NCBI RefSeq assembly: GCF_001194135.2
Contig: NC_068984.1
Location: forward strand, 25,504,355-25,568,354
Direction: 5' to 3'
DNA: 64,000 nt
Source: Octopus bimaculoides
Lineage: Eukaryota
Position 1 is the first letter of the stretch, and every line of letters begins with the position of its first letter. A program made the translations under genes and the position numbers. Shown piece after piece: positions 26,101 to 36,800 of this stretch. The notes under the pieces are model-generated. The model made no database searches, was not told where the DNA came from, and saw nothing but the letters and a program-made list of their open reading frames with translations.

Positions 26101-27111
26101 TTAGATTTTACTGCACCAAACCCCAAAGAATTCCTCTCAACACATGGCTATGATGCTTCCCCACTACTTCTACTCATGATCAGAGATGCACATATCGCCA
26201 GCNNNNNNNNNNNNNNNNNNNNNNNNNNNNNNNNNNNNNNNNNNNNNNNNNNNNNNNNNNNNNNNNNNNNNNNNNNNNNNNNNNNNNNNNNNNNNNNNNN
26301 NNNNNNNNNNNNNNNNNNNNNNNNNNNNNNNNNNNNNNNNNNNNNNNNNNNNNNNNNNNNNNNNNNNNNNNNNNNNNNNNNNNNNNNNNNNNNNNNNNNN
26401 NNNNNNNNATCATCACATCCAAAAGGTTCAGCATTCTGAGGTCATTCTTCAGTACTTCATCCCATGTCCTCCTGTGTTTCGCCACAAGTTCCATCCACTT
26501 TGAGTGAACAGCAACTCTTTATTGAATACAACTTAGATTTTACTGCACCAAACCCCAAAGAATTCCTCTCAACACATGGCTATGATGCTTCCCCACTACT
26601 TCTACTCATGATCAGAGATGCACATATCGCCAGCCACTAAGGGACATACTCAACTAGTTAAGGTGCAGTTAAGATCAACTAAAACACTGGAAAGCATTGA
26701 TTGAATATTTGATAAGGCTATTATTGCAACAGCGCTTTTGGGCTTCTAAGACATAAGTTTGGGCAACACAAAACTTTAAATACAAAGACAGTGACAAATT
26801 TTGTTGCTCAAGGCGAAGAAAGACATAAATATAAAAAAAAAAAATCTTAGTGCTGAAGTAAAATATATTCTTTGTCTTCTTAGTACTTCATCACATCCAA
26901 AAGGTTCAGCATTCTGAGGTCATTCTTCAGTACTTCATCCCATGTCCTCCTGTGTTTCGCCACAAGTTCCATCCACTTTGAGTGAACAGCAACTCTTTAT
27001 TGAATACAACTTAGATTTTACTGCACCAAACCCCAAAGAATTCCTCTCAACACATGGCTATGATGCTTCCCCACTACTTCTACTCATGATCAGAGATGCA
27101 CATATCGCCAG
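25978..27111. repeat. Local tandem triplication of a ~225-bp block, with an interspersed 228-bp copy of 18732-18959
   Basis: Block TCATCACATCCAAAAGG...CATATCGCCAG starts at 25978, 26410 and 26888; 26663-26890 is identical to 18732-18959. Confidence 0.9.
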
Positions 27112-27200
27112 TTAAGGTCAAGCAACTGACAAGCAAATCTGTGGTATTGAGCAGAATATTTGCTGTAGCCCATCAGCAAGAGCCACTGAACCTGGCCGAT

Positions 27201-27460
27201 GTCAGTAGCCCCTGAATGGCATGTAAAAAGCACTATCCAAATGTGATAGATGCCAGGCCCGCCTGACTGGTTCCTGTGCCAGTGGCATGTAAAAAGTACA
27301 CACTACACTCTTGGAGTGGTTGGTGTTAAGAAGGGCATCCAGCAGTAGAGATATTACCAGATCAGATTGGAGCCTAGTTCAGCCACTGGCTCTCCAGACC
27401 TCAGTCAAACCGTCTAACCCATGCCACCATGGAAAACAGACGTTAAATGATGATGATGAT
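27201..27460 (+). mobile_element. RTE-tail element
   Basis: GGCATGTAAAAAG...GAAGGGCATCCAGCAGTAG...AACCCATGCCACCATGGAAAAC + (GAT)n. Confidence 0.8.
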
Positions 27461-27463
27461 CAT

Positions 27464-27502
<39 letters not shown>

Positions 27503-28978
27503 CAATAGTTTTTTCTACAGTTTTAAATTCCATTCACAAGGCCAATAGGTGCAGACATGGCTGTGTTGTTAAGAAGCCTGCTCCCTAACCATGTGATCTT
27601 GTGTTTAGTCCCATTGTACAGCACCTTTGGAAAATGGTTTCTCTTATGACCCCAAGTAGACCAAGTGAATGGATTTGGTAGACAGAGATTGAAAGAAACC
27701 TGTCGTATGTGTGTGTGTTTACATATGTCTTCATATTTAAGCAGTGGCGATCACATTCATGTCCCAGATAAATAAAACTCCAGTAGCTTTGAAGTTTAAA
27801 TAAAATCAGAGACTAAAGGACCTTACTTGAAAATCAAGTGGGGCTGACTACCTAGAAGAGCATCTAGCTGTAGAATACAATCTCGACAATTCTTGTCCAA
27901 TCCATGGCAGCATAGAAAAAGTAGACATTAAAACAATAAAATGTGTGAGTGAGTGAGTGAGAGAGTTGAATTTGATGTAATTTTCCCAGGTAACCAAAAT
28001 ATTTTGGTAAGAGCCAGATGTACTTCTCTCTAAGTCCGTTAGGGAAATAAATAAAATAAAATTGCAACAATTAAGGGATCAGATTGTTTTACAGAGAAAA
28101 ATAGTATCCTATTTTAAACATCCTATTCAAAAGATACAGATATTTATCAACCAACAAACTAATTGGCAGATGATATTTTCCCAGAGTACCACACTGTGGT
28201 CATCACACCTTTTCTACTCTATGACTACTACATCTGCCTCTGCTCCGCCGAACTATCTGCATACTCACTCCTCCACTCACAAACTTTGTGCCTCATCTCA
28301 CAGATTCTACATTTAACATTTTTTTTTTTTATCCTTCCTTCTCTAAACAGTACTCCACAAATTCTTTCCTTGTCACATTCTCTTTTTCTTCCCTCTCCTT
28401 CTCTCCTCTTTCTCTCCTCTTCTGTTTCTTTCTCTCCTCTTTCTCCTCTTCTCTGTTCATGTGTATGAGCATATTTCTCTTTATGTGTATGAGATGAAGG
28501 AAAACATCAATCATGTTCAATAAATAAAATGTAATGTTTCTTTCCCCCTCTCACGATTCCTATCTCTATGTGTATATTTATGCAAGTGCATGCATGAGTG
28601 AGTGAGTGTGCCTCTAGCACCAAAATGCACTGTCACCAAAACAGGCTGAATGTCCAATCAGCCATGCCAAATTCTTTGCATTCCAACAGTTGTGCTCACT
28701 CATTTCATTCCTATGTTCGACCGAGCATCAACTACATCAATTTCACAACACAGGTGGCTACAAAAGTCATGAGCCCTGGTCCGTCTTTGACTAACTTGTA
28801 AATAAAGAAATAAATGAAAATGTATAATATCATGACTGAATGAGATTAAGACCACTTCAGCAAAGTAAATTAAAATAATAATGATGATAATGAGCCTACT
28901 GCATTACTTGCTCAGGTAAATGAGAAGTACATTACAGGTGCACTATTTTATGAGTGAAGAACATGTATTTTAAGATTT

Positions 28979-29388
28979 GTAGGAGTGGCTGTGTGGTAAG
29001 TAGCTTGGTTACCAACCACATGGTTCCAGGTTCAGTCCCACTGCGTGGCACCTTGGGCAAGTGTCTACTACTATAGCCTCGGGCCGACCAAAGCCTTGTG
29101 AGTGGATTTGGTAGACAGAAACTGAAAGAAGCCCGTCGTATATATGTATATGTATATATATGTGTATGTGTGTGAGTTTGTGTGTCTGTGTTTGTCCCCC
29201 CACCATCGCTTGACAACCGATGCTGGTGTGTTTATGTCCCCGTAACTTAGCGGTTCGGCAATAAGAGATCGATAGAATAAATACTAGGCTTACAAAGAAT
29301 AAGTCCTGGGGTCGATTTGCTCGACTAAAGGCGGTGCTCCAGCATGGCCGCAGTCAAATGACTGAAACAAGTAAAAGAGTAAAAGAGT
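28979..29388 (+). mobile_element. SINE-A1, full length, young
   Basis: GTAGGAGTGGCTGTGTGGTAAG...GGTTCAGTCCCAC...GAAACTGAAAGAAGCCCGTCG + microsatellite + CCCCGTAACTTAGCGG...CTGGGGTCGATTTGCTCGAC...ACTGAAACAA(GTAAAAGA)2. Confidence 0.9.
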
Positions 29389-29579
29389 ACTCATAGAAAT
29401 TGTTTCTAAGAAGAAGAAAAAAAGATTTCGAGTTCTAAATGTGTGTACTGCATGTTTTAATTTAAGGGCTGTTTTACCACTGAACATGCAAAATTAAATA
29501 AAGGATACTTTTCAGTTTTCTTTAAGTTTTCAGCCACATTAGACAGAAGTTTTCAGCAGAAGTTTTATTTGTTACTTAA

Positions 29580-29790
29580 CCCTTTTGATACCAAACCAAC
29601 TGAAACCACCTCTGGCTCTGTAGTCTTGTTTTCAAAAATTCCCAAGTAAAACTTCCAGCAAACCTTAGTCACAATTTATGTTCCTAACTAGCTTACTGAT
29701 AACTAAGTTATTTTACTAAATTCTTTGTTATATTTAAAATTAATAGAAAGAAACACAGAACATCTCAACAGAAATATGGTGACAAAAAGG
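29580..29790 (+). mobile_element. piggyBac-type MITE, family 2
   Basis: TTAA|CCCTTTTG...CAAAAAGG|TTAA (TTAA at 29576-29579 and 29791-29794). Confidence 0.7.
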
Positions 29791-30214
29791 TTAAGGGCTG
29801 TTTTTCCACTGAACATACAAAATTAAATAAAGGATACTTTTCAGTTTTCTTTAAGTTTTCTTTAAGCAAGCATTTATTTGTTACTTAAAAATGTTTGTAT
29901 TTCAACATCATTATCATCCTCAGTACTCTGAAACCATTAATTGTTGTAATTTTGTATAAGAACTCAGTTGTATTCTTTTCAGAACTGGAATTTTCCTCTT
30001 GAAAATAGACTATGTTCTGAAACTCTGAGTAGCTATATAATAAGACAATGATCAAATCAACAACCATGTGGCATGCGTAGCATTTTTCACTACATGAAAT
30101 GCAATGAACCAATGAAGAAGACTCAATGTAGTCATTTGGCTTAATAAAGATACCAGCCAAATCTACCTAAAAATTGTACATTACTGTCTTTAGAAAATGG
30201 CATACTGAACAATG

Positions 30215-30617
30215 TCATCGTCATCGTTTAACGTCCGCTTTCCATGCTAGCATGGGTTGGACGATTTGACTGAGGACTGGTGAAACCAGATGGCTACACC
30301 AGGCTCCAATCTGATTTGGCAGAGTTTCTACAGCTGGATGCCATTCCTAACGCCAACCACTCAGAGAGTGTAGTGGGTGCTTTTACGTGTCACCCGCACG
30401 AAGGCCAGTCAGGCGGTACTGGCAACGGCCACGCTCATCTCGCTCGAGAAACCTCATGTGTCACCCGCACAAGAGCCAGTCCAGGGGCACCGGCAACGAT
30501 CTCGCTTGAAAATCCTACAACAACCCCACACAAGAGCCAGTTCAGGGGGCACCGGCAACGATCTCGCTCGAAGAAATTTCATGTGTCACCCGCACAAGAG
30601 CCAGTCCAGGGGCACTG
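30215..30617 (-). mobile_element. RTE-tail element with about four tandem ~62-bp stem-loop units
   Basis: Tail at 30215-30390, then repeated GTCACCCGCACAAGAGCCAGTCCAGGGGCACCGGCAACGATCTCGCT. Confidence 0.88.
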
Positions 30618-30711
30618 ACGCAATGTACAAAAAAATAAATAAAGATGGGGCAGTTATAGTCGAAACATATAGAGCTAAATCAAAAGTAAAAATCTGAAAT
30701 GCAACTGCAAC

Positions 30712-31068
30712 TCATCATCATCATTTGATGTCTGTTTTCCATGCTGGCATGGGTTGGACGGTTTGACAGGAGCTGGCAAGCCAGAGGGCTGCACCAGGGC
30801 CCAATCATCTGTTTGGCATAATTTCTATGGCTGGATACCCTTCCTAATGCCAACCACTTTACATAGAGTACTGGGTGCTTTGTATGTGTCACTGACATGG
30901 GTGCCTTTTATGCGATGGGCAGTTTTTATGTGGCACCAGCACAGCTGTTCTTTACAAGGGACTGGTACAGGTACCTTCCTATATGATGCCAGCACAGGTG
31001 CTTTTGACATGGAACAGACAGGGATGCTTTTACATGGCACTGGCATGGGTGCCTTTTATGCTAATTTG
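30712..31068 (-). mobile_element. RTE-tail element with a degenerate ~24-bp minisatellite body
   Basis: Tail at 30712-30880, then repeats of GG(G)TGCTTTT(T)ACATGGCAC-like units. Confidence 0.75.
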
Positions 31069-32021
31069 CTTAAACCATTTGTTGTAATCATTTCATATTT
31101 CACCCAAAATTGCAATGAATCAATGAAGAGCAAAAGTATTCTGAGATGAAGATGGTCCAATATAAGGTTTTTTATAAAAATCTTTATAAAATATGCATAT
31201 TCTACATCACCAAGTAAGAATCCAGTCTCAACCAGTCTCAAAGTCATTTCCATAGAAACATACCCTTTTATTTATTTATTTATTTATTTATTTTTATTTT
31301 TGTTGCCTGAAAGAAAGGCTTGTGCCCATGGCCTTTGCAGGCTCTCCAAGATCAGCAAGATTACATGCAAGGAAGGAATTTCATAATGCTAATATTCAGA
31401 AGAGGAAGGGCTGGACCTAGTAGTTGGTATGAAGATTGGAGGGGAGAGATAGATACACATTATGAAAGACAAGGGGATGAGAAACAATTGAACCAGGGGT
31501 GCTTGAATGGGGATAATATGAGACCAGTGAATTTCAAGGATCAGAAGCCAACATAGCAGCAGTAGAAAAGGTAGAGAGAGGAAACAGTTAACTTGTGAAC
31601 CAAAGGTTGGAGTGTGTTGATGGACAAGTACATGCCAATCAGTCAAGTATAGTCTTTGGAGAGGTGATTTAGCCCCAAAGACAAAGACAAGCTGTACTAA
31701 TTATTGGCTGCTCTGAAAAGCTATTTGAGGAGCTTCTGAGATTAGGTGTCAGACAGAAAACCACGAAGTAATAATTTTAAATCTCAAAAAAAAAAACAGC
31801 TACTATGTGTTCTGCGGGTATGTAGAAATCATTTTTAATAGCATTCTTCATGTTTTTATTTCATTATTCTTACTCACTGAACTATAAAGTATTGTTTTGT
31901 TGTGTTTGGTTTTTTCCCCAAATCAAATTTAATGCCCCTAAAATCACGGTCGTCTTTGCATAAAGGTATGTCCCCTGCATCCTTCTTCAGCTGAGCAATC
32001 CTAATCTTGTGGGCTCATGAG

Positions 32022-32256
32022 TGCTTGTGCCACAAAAAAGCACCTGTGCCAGTGCCATCTAAAAGCACCCACGCTGCTGTTGCATAGAAGCATCGAGTAC
32101 ACTGAGTAAAGTGGCTGGCATTAGGAAAGGCATCCAGCCATAGAAACCATGCCAAAACAGACATGGGGTCCGGGTGGCTCTTCAGCTAGCCAGCTCCTGT
32201 CAAACCGTCCAACCCATGCCAGCATGGAAAATGGACGTTAGATGATGATGATGATA
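32022..32256 (+). mobile_element. RTE-tail element
   Basis: Repeated AAAAGCACC...GGAAAGGCATCCAGCCATAGAAACC...CCAACCCATGCCAGCATGGAAAATGGACG + (GAT)n. Confidence 0.82.
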
Positions 32257-33309
32257 AAAAAAATTCGTGCAAATTATATTTACAACGCAAAGTGCTCTTT
32301 TCAGTTATGTTGTTAAAATACATCATCTTAGCAGATAATACATTTAATGAACAGTTTGAAGAAATAGGCTTAAAATTACTACAGAGTAACAACTGGGGAA
32401 GCAAATTCATTTAGAGAGCTAGATAGACTAATTATAGCTTTTAAGAATAGATCTTTTTCAGAGAATGAATATTTTCCCCCACTTCTTCCTTGTCAATTAG
32501 AAAATGAATTTTAATATAATATTTAATCAACCTTCATCACCAAAGAAATAAGGTATATATTGACAGTGAAGTAAATGAAAACTAAAAGAAAACTTGAACG
32601 GAAGATAAAGTTATTTTAGAAAAGCGTCGCTAATTTTTATTAAATTATTTCTAAAAGCTTTCATTAAACATGGAATTATTTGGAAGAAAATGTACAATTA
32701 AAATTAACAGCATTCTAGTCAGAAATCAACATTCATTATCTTAGAAATGTTTAAAGAAGGCACGATTTTATTACTAGTTGTGATTCTTATAGCCGATTGT
32801 TGTGGAGATTGACAGAGGAAACTAGCCAGGTCGATAATACTTTTTCTTTGTACTGAATGCAAATTTATTTTTTTGAATTCGTCAGTTCTTAGAATATAAA
32901 TCCAGTTATAAGGAACTGATCGGTATATACACAACAGATAATAATAATAATGACAGTGAACGTATAATATAGAATTTTTTTTTTTTTGAATGTTTGAAAT
33001 TGTGAGTACGAGTATAACACGATTCATGGGAGATAATCCTGTGAAAATGTCCTTTGTAAGGTGTCATTAATGTAGTAGTGATAGTAAAATAAAACAATAA
33101 ACGACATCTATCCATAGTCACTTTCTCGGTTATAATATATTATTTTTTAATTATAGATATAATATGGATATCATATAATATTGATAAACTGTCTGAAATC
33201 TATAAATACAACGAAGTCAGCATTCATTTACATTTACAAATCAAGGAAGAAAAAAATATTTTGGTTTTTAAGTTCATTCATAAAACAAGAGTTATCTCCT
33301 CTTCATATT

Positions 33310-33485
33310 TAAAACCGCTCGCGCGAGCAAACGGCTTTGTAGGAGCCACGGTATTTCTACACGCACGTTCAGAGCTCAAATCCCGCCAGGGATCAACTTT
33401 GCATTTAATCCTCCCGGAGTTGCAATGGACGGGAGGTTTTTCTCCTAGAGTAGATAAAATAAAATACCAGTCAAGTATTAAAGTT
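33310..33485 (+). mobile_element. Divergent SINE-B-like copy that retains CpGs
   Basis: CGGTATTTC...CGTTCAGAGCTCAAATCCCGCCAGGGATCAACTTTGCATTTAATCC...GATAAAATAAAATACCAGTCAAGTA. Confidence 0.55.
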
Positions 33486-33809
33486 GCTAGTTTCAAATAA
33501 CCACCTCCTCTCAAAACTGCAGATTGTACAATAAACACACACATCAAATGAATGAAAATACACATATATACACAAACAACACCATCTTGGTTTTATGGTT
33601 TGTTTTTATTAAACAAAATGAAAATCAACATTACCGAATTTCCACGTTATTTTAAAATGGAATAGAGTGATTGGACTTTGCCGAATTGTAACTGAGCTGC
33701 CTTATTTCTTGTTGGTTATATATATATATATTCCTTTAGTATTAACTGACGGATAAAAGAGTATTCAATACCATAGTTGAGATTAACAGTATTTTATTTT
33801 AGTCGAGCT

Positions 33810-33930
33810 AGTCTCTTGCTACTCTGAGTTTCACCTGTAGATGCACAGGATCTTCAGGCAAGTTGTAACTGTCACAACTTACCTGGAGACGCTGCGCACC
33901 CACAGGTGAAATCAAGAGTGGCAAGCGACT
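33810..33930. repeat. Imperfect 57-bp-arm inverted repeat with 7-nt loop
   Basis: Left arm 33810-33866 versus the reverse complement of 33874-33930: about 46/57 identical by hand; loop AACTGTC. Confidence 0.88.
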
Positions 33931-34583
33931 GGGCGCTACGTACGTATGTATATTCTTTTTACCACTGCTTCCGGCTACGGTCATATTGAGACAGCCTCAA
34001 AAGCTTCTTTTTTTTTTTTTAAATCAATAAAATCGAACTCAGTACCTATTTTGTTGGTTTGTTCTCCCCGACCCCACACTGCTACGTTAAAGGAGCGTAA
34101 ATAAACCTAAACCCGTGTTCAAGTAGAGAGAGGAAAACAAACGTCGCGTTCACACCCCAGTTTCTGTCTACCCGACTCATTCAGAAGACATATGTCTACC
34201 AGCCCGCTCAAAGGACTGCATAGTGGAACTGAACCTGAAACCGTGTGGTTGCTAACCAGAGAAAGATNNNNNNNNNNNNNNNNNNNNNNNNNNNNNNNNN
34301 NNNNNNNNNNNNNNNNNNNNNNNNNNNNNNNNNNNNNNNNNNNNNNNNNNNNNNNNNNNNNNNNNNNNNNNNNNNNNNNNNNNNNNNNNNNNNNNNNNNN
34401 NNNNNNNNNNNNNNNNNNNNNNNNNNNNNNNNNNNNNNNNNNNNNNNNNNNNNNNNNNNNNNNNNNNNNNNNNNNNNNNNNNNNNNNNNNNNNNNNNNNN
34501 NNNNNNNNNNNNNNNNNNNNNNNNNNNNNNNNNNNNNNNNNNNNNNNNNNNNNNNNNNNNNNNNNNNNNNNNNNNNNNNNNNN

Positions 34584-34628
<45 letters not shown>

Positions 34629-35166
34629 AACGCCCAGCAGCTTTTTGATAATAGACCTGAAATTCTATGAAAATAGATCTCAATTTCTACCAATCGACAG
34701 TGAGAATGCAATATATTAAATTAGATAAACCACAAACAACAGATCGGCTTTCTTATATCCATCTATTATATTTCAAGAATTCAAATTGGTCTGTTAAATT
34801 GAAAAACGTAAAATCAATTTTCTTTCATTCCAGAACAAATCAGAATCTTAGCAACAAATTAATTTCTACATAAAACATAAACTAGGTAAAGAAAATCCAC
34901 CACAATCACCATCTATAGTGGAAATGTAACATAGAATATTTCGAAAAGTGTCTCTACATAAGTTTCTGTAGGAAAATGCAAAAAGTTTTTTGACATAATG
35001 AAGTATTTTTGATAGAGAAACAAGTGGTGTTTGGTGATAAGTTTGATATCGAGCATAATCTTGAATGGAATTTTACAAATTTACAATCGTTTTCCTCGCT
35101 ATTATAATTATTCACATGCAAGAAGTATGTGTGTGTGTGTGTGTATACATATATATATGTATGTAT

Positions 35167-35236
<70 letters not shown>

Positions 35237-35344
35237 TTTTTATTAAAGCAGCAAAATTATCACAGAACTGTTACTCAAGAGTTTCACGCTTTTGTTCATC
35301 AGACAGTTGTGATAAATACTGTATATAGATACGATATATATATA

Positions 35345-35615
35345 TGGGACCCCACCTTCGGTCACGACTGACCATAGGATTGCACCTAGAAAGTTGCCCT
35401 CCGAGGCACAAGTCCGGACAAGGTTGCTTATGGAAGACCAGCAGTCGCCCATGCATACTGGTCTCCCCTTTCCACAACACCAGTGTTATCCAAGGGAAAG
35501 GCAAAAGGGCCGATACAGCTTGGCACCTGTGACGTCGCAAACGTGAAATAAAGTGTCTTGCTCAAGAACACAACACGCAGCCCGTCTGGGATTTGAACTC
35601 ACATTCCACCTTCAC
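35345..35615 (-). mobile_element. SINE-D
   Basis: Homologous to 7129-7450 (GCACAAGTCCGG, GAAGACCAGCAGTCGCCCATGCATAC, AAATAAAGTGTCTTGCTCAAGAACACAAC). Confidence 0.8.
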
Positions 35616-36060
35616 TATATATATGGGCCACAACTATTTCACTCTTCAAAGTAATACATTAATACATCAAATATCTATGATTAAACATGTGGGTAATAAA
35701 AATACTCACAAATGCAATAAATTGCATTTGTTGAAATGTAACAGCATGGCTTTGAGTTAAGGAGATTTAATGAAGAAATACGTGAATATTTCAAAGAAGG
35801 AATATATAGTTTAATATTTGATAAGGTGGAAGGTGGTGGATAAGAAAAATGGTACCATGATGAATTAAGCACAATGTAATTTCATTCCTTAGGAAGCTCA
35901 GGTGGTTGTTGATATTGTCTAGCTGTGAGTCAATTTTGATTAAGCAGACCTATGGGCATATCTACACAAGTGTGTCCCCCCGCCAATATTGAATTTGTTT
36001 CCTCATAAAGACCCCCTTCAGTCATGAATGATCATGGGATTGCACACACACACACACACC

Positions 36061-36245
36061 ATCATCATCATCCTTTAACGTCTGTTTTCCATGCTGGCAT
36101 GGGTTGGACGTTTGACCAAAGCTGGGGAGCTCAAACCAGGTTTCGTTGTTTTGGCATTGTTTCCACAGCTGAATGCCCTTCCTAATGCCAAGTACTTTGC
36201 AGAGTGTACTGGGTGCTCTTTACACGACACCAGCACCAGTGCTTT
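36061..36245 (-). mobile_element. RTE-tail element
   Basis: (ATC)n-TTTAACGTCTGTTTTCCATGCTGGCATGGGTTGGACG...GCCCTTCCTAATGCCAA...GGGTGCTCTTT. Confidence 0.78.
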
Positions 36246-36800
36246 CTTTTTTTATTTGTTACTATCACTGATAGGGTCACCAAGTACTATGTAAGATAAA
36301 GAAAGGCAAAAATTCCTCAACTGGGTGGGGAGAATAGTAGTATTGAGGGTGTTGGCTTTCTACACCATTAATATACTAACACATATCACATAATTTTTCA
36401 AAACTTCCAGATTTCATTTTGTAAATACATGTGATGTGTGTCAGTAATACATATGTGCATGCCTACTAAATTTTTGTCACATTAAATTCTGATATAATCT
36501 TAATCTACACCATCTGAAAAATACTTGTAGAAAATTTCATTACAAAAAAATATTTATTTTTCTGAAAGTTACAAGAAAATAAATTCAGGTTGTGACACAC
36601 CTGCTAGATATACCAAACTATGATCCACAGTGTTCTGAGTGGAACCAATATCCAATGTATCCTTTCTTTGATAGCGTCTGATTTGATGGAGATTTGGTTG
36701 TTATTTCTAGCATGCTGAATCTCCCTTATTGGCTTATCCTGTTGCGAATGATTAATTTAGTACCAGTAATGATCAGTGGTTGATTCAGTTGACCATATAT

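Noticed and set aside
30390-30617. Repeat-spacer appearance reminiscent of a CRISPR array
   Set aside because: Eukaryotic context, spacers related to each other, repeat longer than spacer, no cas genes; it is a retroelement VNTR.
32747-32812. Signal-peptide-like mini ORF MFKEGTILLLVVILIADCCGD*
   Set aside because: Stops after 21 residues, has no good donor before the stop, and is antisense to the host gene; such hydrophobic stretches arise easily in T-rich DNA.
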